Assembly: GCA_000002435.2 (NCBI GenBank)
Contig: CM018792.1
Strand: one strand, 5' to 3'
DNA length: 64,000 bases
Origin: Giardia intestinalis
Lineage: Eukaryota
The first letter of the stretch is position 1. Every line of letters starts with the position of its first letter. The translations under genes were made by a program, and so were the position numbers. Positions 56,112-64,000 of the stretch are shown in pieces. The notes below the pieces were generated by a model. That model had not been told where the DNA came from, ran no database searches, and saw only the letters and a program-made list of their open reading frames with translations.

Positions 56112-56434
56112 TCCACCTAACTAAATCATTTATAGATAGTTTATCACATATAGCAGATTTATCAAATGAATAGGCCTATGGTGAGCCTTTGCTGTTAAGA
56201 TGACCGCCGAATGGTTGTCTGGATGTTAGATACTTTTATAGTAGCATTACTCGGAAAAATATACGCTTGTAAATATAAGAATAAAAGGCGCAAGAACTGC
56301 AGGAGGTCAAGACTTTATAAAGCTTCAGGTTGATTGGTTTAAAGTGATATGTCCAAAGTATTATTAGAGGCGTGCGTTTATGCGCGTGAAAATTCTTTGG
56401 AAATGTAGTAAGTCTTTTACCATTAAAAAATCCG

Positions 56435-58852
56435 ATGCTCAAGCTGCTCTTGTTATTTTTCGTCGGTTCTTTCTGTGGACTTCCAACAGGTACATACTGC
56501 AATGGTTTCGGCATAGAATGTGGGCAGGGGCATGAGCATTGCTTTTCGGGTAGGTGTCTCTTAATAGGTTCGACAAAAGTGTGCACTCGATGCGTGTCCG
56601 GCTATGTTCCGATAAATGGGGTATGCCAGCCGTATCCAGGAAGTGCTTCCTCTGTGTGTATTCCGGAAGAAGCTGAATCCTCAATTCGTTGCATCAAATG
56701 CAAACCAAACGAGAACGTGTTCCTATTTTACGGTGGCTGCTACACGGTGGATCGGTCTGCCGTTGGTGGCCAAATCTGTTCTCGTGCGTCAAATGGCAGG
56801 TGCGTCGAATGCAATGTGAGTACTCATGGGGCCTATGTCTTTACTAATCCAAACGAGACTGCAGAAGAAAGGTGCATTGCGTGCTCTGACTCAATTGGAT
56901 TTAGCGGATACGGAGGCGTTCTTGAATGCTATAGTTGCACACAGCCGGTTACTGGCGGAAAAACTACGGCATTGTGCACTAAGTGTCGTTCTCCTGAACA
57001 AAATCCAATTGACCACGAATGTCGAGCTAAGGGTCTCCATACCTGTTTTTCTGGTCTATGCGTATCGTGCTACAAAACGCACTTACTTTATCACTCTGGA
57101 TGCTACAGCCGGGGCAGTGACACAGGGTTAGCGATATGCGCAGCGAAAAACCAGTATGTGCTGGATAATGTCACTATCTGTAAGGAGTGTGTGAATACGC
57201 TCTACGCACCAAAAAGTGGAGTGTGTGTTCCTGTCGATGGAGATATTCCTGTTATGGGATTTTCTGATTGTACAAAAGATAATGATAAGGGTCTGTGCAT
57301 AAACTGTGCTAATTCTGCGGAGTATTTCCTTTTTTATGGCGGCTGTTATTACAAGAAGTCTGGAATCGGTTCGAGACTCTGCTCAGCGGTGGTCTCAGGC
57401 GTCTGCACAGAGTGGAAAACTCAGTTTGATTTCATCTTTAATAAGAATGACAATGATGGCGGCTATCTGTGCGGCGACGCTACAAATGGGGGCGTTTCTG
57501 ACTGTGCCACGTGCAGCTACGAAAGCGGTGCTGTCACTTGTACGAGCTGCTCAAAAGGGTATCTCGGAGTGGACGGGAAGTCCTGCAGTAAAAGTTGTAG
57601 TGGAGACACTCGGGGAGTGTGCACGAAGGTAACAGAAGGGAGCGAGTCAATTGAAACATCGTGTCGATGCGTCTGCATGCCGACGTTCTACAGCAGCTCT
57701 GGGACCTGCACACCATGTACGGACTCGTGCGCTGTCTGCAAGGATGGCACGCCAGATGGCTGTCAGATATGCAAACCGGGCAAAGTCCTGGAGCCGTCAG
57801 TCGTCACGAACGGTAATGCAAAGTGCGTAGATGAGTGCACTGTTGGTGACAATTGTGCAGAATGCGGCATCACCATCGACGGCAGCAGGTACTGCACGCG
57901 CTGCAAGGACTCGAATATGTACCCTCTCAACGGGGTGTGTATTCCGAACACACAAAAAGACGCGTACTGTACCAGCAAGGCGAACGGTGCTTGCACTGCC
58001 TGCTCTGAAGCGGCCTTCCTGATGAACGGGGGCTGCTACACAACAGAGTACTATCCAGGAAGCACTATCTGTGATAAGCAGTCAAACGGAAAGTGCACAA
58101 CGACCAAGAAGGGGTACTGGATATCGCCCGATGGAAAGCTGCTGGAGTGCGATCCGACATGTCTGGCGTGCACCGCCCCTGGCCCCGGCCGCTGCACCAG
58201 GTGCCCCTCTGACAAGCTCCTGAAGAGGGCCTCGGGTGCCGCCACCGGGAGTTGCGTCGACCCCGGCGCCTGTGTGGACGGGTACTACGCAGACGGAGAC
58301 GCGTGCCTGCCCTGCGCCACTCCGGGGTGCAAGACCTGCGGGCATGCCTCCTTCTGCACAGAGTGCGCGGGGGAGCTCTTCGTGAGCCTGGACGGGCAGT
58401 CGTGCTTGGAGGAGTGCACCGGGGACAAGGTGGTGGGAGAGGTGCCCGGCGGCGTGCGGAGGTGCTGGTGCGAGCGGGGTTTCCTGCCGGCGCCGGACAA
58501 GTCTGGATGTGTGCCCGCACCCGAGTGTCCCCCTGACATGTCGTGGTGTGCATCATGTGATATGTCGGGTAGGTGTCTCTCGTGTGTCACCTCGGGCCAC
58601 AACGTCCAAGTAGACCAGCGGACGTGTGCAGAAGGGTGCGGCGCCAGGGCCTCATCGAACCAGGGGGTGTGCATGTGCGAGACCAGTACGATTCTTGACA
58701 AAGGTGTCTGCATTCCTGTCAATACTCTTACCGGAAGGAAGATGGTAGTAGTTACGGCCAGTGCAGCATCAGCTGTGCTCGTAATCAGTGCCCTGATTGG
58801 CTTCCTTTGCTGGTGGTTCATCTGCAGAGGAAAGCGTCGATACTACCGTTAG
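56435..58852 (+). CDS. High-cysteine membrane protein (HCMP), 805 aa
   Basis: Signal peptide 'MLKLLLLFFVGSFCG', dozens of CXXC/CXC motifs, and a C-terminal TM helix plus '...LIGFLCWWFICRGKRRYYR*' (HCMP-type tail rather than the VSP CRGKA). Confidence 0.85.
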   Translation: MLKLLLLFFVGSFCGLPTGTYCNGFGIECGQGHEHCFSGRCLLIGSTKVCTRCVSGYVPINGVCQPYPGSASSVCIPEEAESSIRCIKCKPNENVFLFYGGCYTVDRSAVGGQICSRASNGRCVECNVSTHGAYVFTNPNETAEERCIACSDSIGFSGYGGVLECYSCTQPVTGGKTTALCTKCRSPEQNPIDHECRAKGLHTCFSGLCVSCYKTHLLYHSGCYSRGSDTGLAICAAKNQYVLDNVTICKECVNTLYAPKSGVCVPVDGDIPVMGFSDCTKDNDKGLCINCANSAEYFLFYGGCYYKKSGIGSRLCSAVVSGVCTEWKTQFDFIFNKNDNDGGYLCGDATNGGVSDCATCSYESGAVTCTSCSKGYLGVDGKSCSKSCSGDTRGVCTKVTEGSESIETSCRCVCMPTFYSSSGTCTPCTDSCAVCKDGTPDGCQICKPGKVLEPSVVTNGNAKCVDECTVGDNCAECGITIDGSRYCTRCKDSNMYPLNGVCIPNTQKDAYCTSKANGACTACSEAAFLMNGGCYTTEYYPGSTICDKQSNGKCTTTKKGYWISPDGKLLECDPTCLACTAPGPGRCTRCPSDKLLKRASGAATGSCVDPGACVDGYYADGDACLPCATPGCKTCGHASFCTECAGELFVSLDGQSCLEECTGDKVVGEVPGGVRRCWCERGFLPAPDKSGCVPAPECPPDMSWCASCDMSGRCLSCVTSGHNVQVDQRTCAEGCGARASSNQGVCMCETSTILDKGVCIPVNTLTGRKMVVVTASAASAVLVISALIGFLCWWFICRGKRRYYR

Positions 58853-59567
58853 TGCTGCTGCGCTCTTTATCTAAGTCTACATAATGATCTCGATAGCTTA
58901 TTAGCGCACATACCCACAATAAGGCTATGATTAAGCATCGTATTCGGTGTCTTTCTACAGTGAATGACTTGAATTACACCGTTGTCTTGCTGTAACACTT
59001 GTTACTTGGGGTCCCTCGTTTCAGCCCCCATCATTGTAGCCAATACACATTGGATTGGCGATACTGTAGCGCTTCTGAGTGTGTTCTAGCCGGTATCGGA
59101 TGGCCGGCTTACTGGGACGTTGGAGGAATCGGTGATCCTGACAGTATCAGCAGAACAGGCGAGCTGGCGGGGATGTTCTGTTCAGTACGTGTAGCCACGA
59201 GTGCTAATCCAGGGGTGCACAGCGGGATGTGCGGCCGTTCAGACGGAGTCGTAGCTCTGCTCCATTGGCGTAGCCTACAATGTGCACTAGCGTAGGTATA
59301 TCCCGCCAGTGAGCTTGGAAGCCGCCCCTTCATTGGATAAGCCGCCCAGAGCCCCTCAGTCACAACGCCTTCTTGTTCCAATGATGTGGTGTGTTGTACG
59401 GCAGAAAGCCACCGGTGTGGACTCGGAAGTAGTCCCAGCCAAGATAGGCTCTATTCTGTGCACGGTGAAGTCCGGCTGCTTTACACCCCAGGTTGGGGGT
59501 AGCAAAAAATCCCCCACTGTTGTGGGCAAAGAGCCAGCCCCCGGCAACTGAGGACATTTCCCTGAAC

Positions 59568-60674
59568 ATGGATCCCTGTCTTTCTGCGCTGAAAAGGACG
59601 CCGCCGTCGTTAACTGCAGAGACGCTCACGACGCTGGTACGGGCCTCGGATGACCCTGACGTAATCTCCGCCCTGTCGTCCCCTGCTGTCATCGATGCCC
59701 TGTCTGCAAAGGCCAGGTCCACGCCAGAGCGGGAGGAGGAGCTCACGGAGGTTCTCCTCTCGCAGCAAGTCTTTCTGGCGGCAAGCAGAGCCCAGGAGTT
59801 TCTAGACACCCTCGCCGCCTCTCCGTCTTTATCTCCTCTTTTAGAGTACCTTCTAATGGCCCTCCTGCGTCTGGCACCGGAGAATAGAATCCACACGGTG
59901 TTTGCTGCCATTCTGATAAATTTTACTCGATGTCTGGGGATAACTAGGACTCTGCTGACGTCTCCTAGCTTGCCAAATGCTGCAGGGCTCATGTTTAACA
60001 TATCGTTCACCAAAGCAACGGCTGGCACTGCTCCGCTCATTCAGCGATCGCTCTACCTGCTGATCAACATTGCCACAGCCGCAGGGGACGCGCCATCCGT
60101 CGCGCACCTCTTTGTCGACTCTCTTGCGGCGAACCTTGTTGGAGCTCACATTGTTGATACCGCCGCTGATTATCCAGGGATATCCTTTCAGTACAGCCAG
60201 CTCCTCCACAACATGTTTTTGATGCTCCGACCTGCTGACCAGTCCGCTACTGGGTCCGATCAAGCAGAGAACCAGACTCAGACCGCCGAGATGCTTGAGC
60301 CGTTGGTAGAGCACATCTTGCTAGCTCTTGTTTGCGAGAGAAGCCTTGAGACCAAAGCGGAGCCACGTGGAGCCGGGCTGACTCCAGAAGAGCATGCTGC
60401 CCTGCCAGAGAGGGTTCAGACGCACATGGCCAGCCTTTCGTCGCTTAGGTTTCCCAGCGAGGAGACGCGTGCCAACCTTAGCGATTGCTTGCTCCTGTAT
60501 TGCCACACCGATCACGGAAAGAAAAGCCTGCAGGACCTGGGAGCCTATCCCCTTCTACGGGAGCTACACTTGAGCATTGTGGAGTCGCTGGGAGACCGCT
60601 GCTATCTGGCCGACTCGCTGCTGACGGTCATCGAGGGCATCATTGCCGAGCCGGATTTGGACGGTGTAAATTAG
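59568..60674 (+). CDS. Hypothetical helical protein (from the first ATG; the track start at 59493 is TTG)
   Basis: Clean ORF, Leu/Ala-rich and probably alpha-helical. Confidence 0.4.
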   Translation: MDPCLSALKRTPPSLTAETLTTLVRASDDPDVISALSSPAVIDALSAKARSTPEREEELTEVLLSQQVFLAASRAQEFLDTLAASPSLSPLLEYLLMALLRLAPENRIHTVFAAILINFTRCLGITRTLLTSPSLPNAAGLMFNISFTKATAGTAPLIQRSLYLLINIATAAGDAPSVAHLFVDSLAANLVGAHIVDTAADYPGISFQYSQLLHNMFLMLRPADQSATGSDQAENQTQTAEMLEPLVEHILLALVCERSLETKAEPRGAGLTPEEHAALPERVQTHMASLSSLRFPSEETRANLSDCLLLYCHTDHGKKSLQDLGAYPLLRELHLSIVESLGDRCYLADSLLTVIEGIIAEPDLDGVN

Positions 60675-60690
60675 ACGCAAATATTAACAA

Positions 60691-61644
60691 ATGGCCGGGG
60701 TCTTTGCTCTCATCCTCCTCCAGGCCCTGCTGGCAGGGGCGTTTCCAGCACACAAGCCCCGTGAGCGGGTAGGCTACAACACGGTATACACTGGCTCGTG
60801 CACCTCCACGACAAACGGTGCCCGGACGGTTCTCCTGACATTCTCGGTCAAGGTAAGCAAGCACTCGATCAACATACTAAAGGCCGGATTCGATGACACG
60901 AGCCACTTCGGAATCGAACTGGCCAATCCTCCTGGCGCATCCATTACCACAGAAACCGGAGACAGCAAGAGCTACGCTATCACTGCATTTTCCAGCACGG
61001 TCTTCGGCGGAAAGGCCTCAAGCTTTGTATACACGCAGTCGGGCCAGAAATTCACATGCACAAGCGGAGAAGGTGCCAGCTGCCTAATGGACTTCAACTT
61101 CGTCAACAGCAAGTTTACCACCTCAGAAACAAAGCCGTGGGCCGATCTTGTCACAGAGAAGGTTAGGCGACACTGGCCCAAGCTCAATGGAGTGCCCACA
61201 GGCCCTCCCCCCGCCGAGCGCCTCATGGCAACTGTTAAACTATCGAACCTATCGACAAGTTCATCAACAACTACTGTTACCACCATGACTGTCTCTTCTC
61301 TTAAAGACGTACTCGAGAAGAACTATGGCAATATAGTGAGTGGCGTCACCTTAAAGTCAGACGGTAGCACTACTGCAGAGTCGCCCACGTGCACGTTCAC
61401 TGTCGCAATGGATTACGATATTGGCTGGACAGTTTGGCCCCTTGCCCTGACGGTTACCGTGGGTATCCTGGTCACGGTTGCCATCAGCGTGCTCAAGTGC
61501 TGCCCTTGCGCCGCCGTCAAGAAGCTGTACGACCGCACCAAGGCCACCGCCCTTACTCAGCCAGACGCCCTCACTGCAGAGCCAACCAACGACCCGTCAG
61601 AGGTTGACGTGCCTGAGGAGACCCTCAAGGTAGATCAGGAGTAG
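60691..61644 (+). CDS. Hypothetical type-I membrane/surface protein
   Basis: Signal peptide 'MAGVFALILLQALLAGAFPA', a Ser/Thr-rich ectodomain, a TM helix 'WPLALTVTVGILVTVAISVL', and a short acidic cytoplasmic tail. Confidence 0.5.
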   Translation: MAGVFALILLQALLAGAFPAHKPRERVGYNTVYTGSCTSTTNGARTVLLTFSVKVSKHSINILKAGFDDTSHFGIELANPPGASITTETGDSKSYAITAFSSTVFGGKASSFVYTQSGQKFTCTSGEGASCLMDFNFVNSKFTTSETKPWADLVTEKVRRHWPKLNGVPTGPPPAERLMATVKLSNLSTSSSTTTVTTMTVSSLKDVLEKNYGNIVSGVTLKSDGSTTAESPTCTFTVAMDYDIGWTVWPLALTVTVGILVTVAISVLKCCPCAAVKKLYDRTKATALTQPDALTAEPTNDPSEVDVPEETLKVDQE

Positions 61645-61768
61645 CCCGGTCTTCAGTGGCACTGTGTCCCTATGTCTATTTCTATACTCTCGAATTCCCT
61701 TCAAGTGAACTAAGCGATCTGCTCATAGGGATTGAAATTGCAAGGCCGACTGATGTCGGTACAGAGCG

Positions 61769-62113
61769 CTAAAGCTCTGATCGGTAGAGACTGTGGGAGT
61801 ACTGTCTTTCTAGCTGCTTGTCGCGCTTCAGCTCGCAGCAGTGGAGGCTGATTGTGACGAGGAGGAGGATGAGGAAGGTCCCCAGGGCGAAGACAATGAC
61901 AAACGACTCGGTTCCTCTGACATCAGGGAGGAACGAGTTGAGAACCCACCGAGACGCGGCGCTCGGAGGATACTGCGATATGGTTACATAAGAATTGGGG
62001 ACAATTCCGCTCCAGTACATATAGTTGTCGTTGCCTGAATAAATGTTCCCGGCAAAGAGGACGTCGATGTACTGGGCAACGTCGCTAATGCCCCAGAACA
62101 TATGCGGGAGCAT
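61769..62113 (-). CDS. Small hypothetical protein (114 aa) with one predicted TM helix
   Basis: ATG start and a hydrophobic stretch 'FVIVFALGTFLILLLVTI'. Weak call. Confidence 0.25.
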   Translation of the reverse strand: MLPHMFWGISDVAQYIDVLFAGNIYSGNDNYMYWSGIVPNSYVTISQYPPSAASRWVLNSFLPDVRGTESFVIVFALGTFLILLLVTISLHCCELKRDKQLERQYSHSLYRSEL

Positions 62114-62399
62114 AAGCGGGTTAGCCGCGATAGTGCAGAACTGGGGATAAACTCACCATGCCTGGACTACATCTTCATAAGGCAAGTAGCTCCTACTACA
62201 TTTGTGGATGATATCTAAATAATTAGAGCCAGTATGTTACAATTCAAATCTCTCATAGATATAACTAGTACTGATTGCTATACCTCTTTACTGTTGATAT
62301 TTTTGGTTACAGACTACAAACGCCCTATGAGCAAACCTACTAAGAGAACACAAATTAGTTTACAGAGACGAGACTTTGGGTAGTGAATGGAGCCAGGCA

Positions 62400-63569
62400 T
62401 TATGACCTCTTTGACTCGCGTACTTCATTCTCCATTTGAGTCCAATAGCACTCATGGGGATCTCCTCCCTTCTTTGAGTCCCAATATTCTGGATCTTCCT
62501 TGTATTTCTTCAAAATGGTCTCGTGGAGTAGAAGAGGAAAGACGAGAGTAGCATCCGCGCAGAGCTTTACAGGCCTGGCTGTCGGAGAAATCTTTCCCCA
62601 GCTGACTGCCTCATCACACGTTGCTCCAGCATCAGAGCCGTCGTATTCCTGTGCCGTGTTTATGTACACAGCAAAGTCGGCACCGTCGCCTGCAAACAGA
62701 TTTGCGTTAAGTATGTGGTGCTTGATGGTTCCACTTCCCAAAATTATGCAGCCATTCTTTGGAGAGTTGATGGCCTGCATATTCATTGCACGAATGTCCC
62801 CGACTACATCTATGATCAGTCCAGGGTTTTTATAGGAGTGGAAGAAGAGCATGTCCCCGAGACTACCGTCCGTTATGGCAGGACAGAATATAGGGATCTT
62901 ATTCCTGTATGCCCAGTATGCAATGGAACGTTCATCATTGATCCGCTTTCCGAGTTTCCAGATAAGTCGCGACGGCGTCCAGTGATATCCCTTACGCTGC
63001 TGCTCCACGCACTCATCGAAGATGGGGATAATCCAGTCTTCAAAGAGGCAATAGTTGTCATTGGGTACTAGGAGATTCCCGATTCGGTTAATGGAGTTCT
63101 TTCGGAGCATTGCCCCATCAGTTTTCCAGTCCCCTAGATAAGTCGGCGCAAGACACTTAATGATGTCCTCCTCAACCCCTCCTGCAGATGTGACTATCAC
63201 GTCCACCAAGGAGTGCTGCACTAGAAAGCGAATGTACTCACGAAGGCCCGAAGAAACCAAGTTTGACGTATACCCCAAGAAGACTTTGCAGCGTATCTTG
63301 GAGCGCGCAATAGGACACTCGGGATAACTTCGATTAGGATCATAGGGATCATCGCTCAGACGCCATGAGTACATTCTGTTGACTTCAGTACAGAGCTTAG
63401 AAAACCCCGTTGACGAAAATCCTATTCTAGCGTAGTTGCTCAGGATAGCATCAAGGCTTTGATTTTCGGGCTTGTTAAGATCTAGCCCATGAATCTCAAG
63501 CTTTTCCTCAATGCAGGATGCGTCGGATGCACGGATGACGTTGTCGGATGCATGCTGAATCCCGTCCAT
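62400..63569 (-). CDS. DHPS: Deoxyhypusine synthase
   Basis: 'GYTSNLVSSGLREYIRFLVQHSLVDVIVTSAGGVEEDIIKCL' matches the DHS core. The first ATG, at 63569, gives 'MDGIQHASDNV...'. The track start at 63647 is GTG. Confidence 0.88.
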   Translation of the reverse strand: MDGIQHASDNVIRASDASCIEEKLEIHGLDLNKPENQSLDAILSNYARIGFSSTGFSKLCTEVNRMYSWRLSDDPYDPNRSYPECPIARSKIRCKVFLGYTSNLVSSGLREYIRFLVQHSLVDVIVTSAGGVEEDIIKCLAPTYLGDWKTDGAMLRKNSINRIGNLLVPNDNYCLFEDWIIPIFDECVEQQRKGYHWTPSRLIWKLGKRINDERSIAYWAYRNKIPIFCPAITDGSLGDMLFFHSYKNPGLIIDVVGDIRAMNMQAINSPKNGCIILGSGTIKHHILNANLFAGDGADFAVYINTAQEYDGSDAGATCDEAVSWGKISPTARPVKLCADATLVFPLLLHETILKKYKEDPEYWDSKKGGDPHECYWTQMENEVRESKRS

Positions 63570-64000
63570 GCTCCGGTTATATCTTTGAAAAGTTATATCT
63601 TTGAAAAACAGTGATTTAAAAACAGAGACATACAAATATACAAGCACCTCTGTGCTCCACCGCCAGCTCTCCCCGTGCTGGGGGGCTTGGCCTTGTCAGA
63701 GCAGGATCCCTTGCTTCCAAGGCACTACGTATATTCCGGGAAATTCCTTAGGGACGGCCAAAAGAGCAGCCTTGCCGTCACGAGTCTTCTTTCCCAGTCT
63801 ATCAACAAGGAAACGAAAATTCGGCACGAGAATGCTGTCCGATTAAGCCTGGGAACGTCTGCTATACGACAGCTACCAGCGGTACATCATCAGCCCAAGG
63901 ACCTCTCACTCCCCGCCCTGAATACAAAGACCTCTCGTCGCTTCACGCAAACAAGAAGTGTTTCCCCGGAAAGGTCCCTGCAGGAGGGCATTTATCTGTC

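Noticed and set aside
1-64000. Prokaryotic interpretation (operons, defence islands, mobile elements)
   Set aside because: The gene content (ankyrin and NEK families, VSP and HCMP, PWP1, DHS, eukaryotic LSU rRNA), the AGTRAAY poly(A) signals and the A/T-rich initiators are diagnostic of Giardia nuclear DNA. No bacterial-type RBS, operon or IS signatures were seen.

Overview
The window is eukaryotic nuclear DNA, almost certainly from Giardia intestinalis (G. lamblia). It is not a prokaryotic locus. Several diagnostics converge on Giardia. Three cysteine-rich proteins end in the variant-specific surface protein (VSP) tail '...[17 protein letters not shown]' and are followed by the extended poly(A) signal ACTTAGRTAGTRAAY. 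A high-cysteine membrane protein (HCMP) ends in CRGKRRYYR. There are several 'Protein 21.1'-type ankyrin-repeat genes and NEK kinases fused to ankyrin repeats. Genes are intron-less and packed almost end to end, and short A/T-rich initiators abut the ATGs (e.g. AATTAAAAATGG at 4171).

Conserved housekeeping genes are present: CTP synthase, deoxyhypusine synthase, PWP1, a Trm5-like tRNA methyltransferase, an NLE/WD40 ribosome-biogenesis factor, an LSm protein, a diflavin NADPH oxidoreductase, a Pumilio-repeat protein and an SP-RING protein. They are interleaved with three remodelled, repeat- and fragment-rich segments.

1. Positions 1-2.4 kb: a paralogous copy of the NEK-ankyrin domain with a frameshift, an extremely GC-rich ankyrin/RING-finger gene, and an orphan VSP 3' end.
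2. Positions 19.3-33.9 kb: an ankyrin stub joined to a 3-kb GC-rich ORF-free block; a 1,983-aa VSP made of 26 perfectly identical 222-bp repeats; a second orphan VSP 3' end; a NEK-ankyrin kinase; a 5'-truncated large-subunit rRNA fragment; and an ABC-transporter ATP-binding-domain relic that carries a frameshift.
3. Positions 55.4-58.9 kb: an HCMP pseudogene next to an intact HCMP.

The most notable content is this antigenic-variation and rearrangement landscape: the repeat VSP, the VSP-tail relics, and the rDNA and ABC scars. No single novel 'system' is evident beyond that.

The supplied ORF track accepts GTG/TTG start codons. Several starts were therefore moved to the first ATG.
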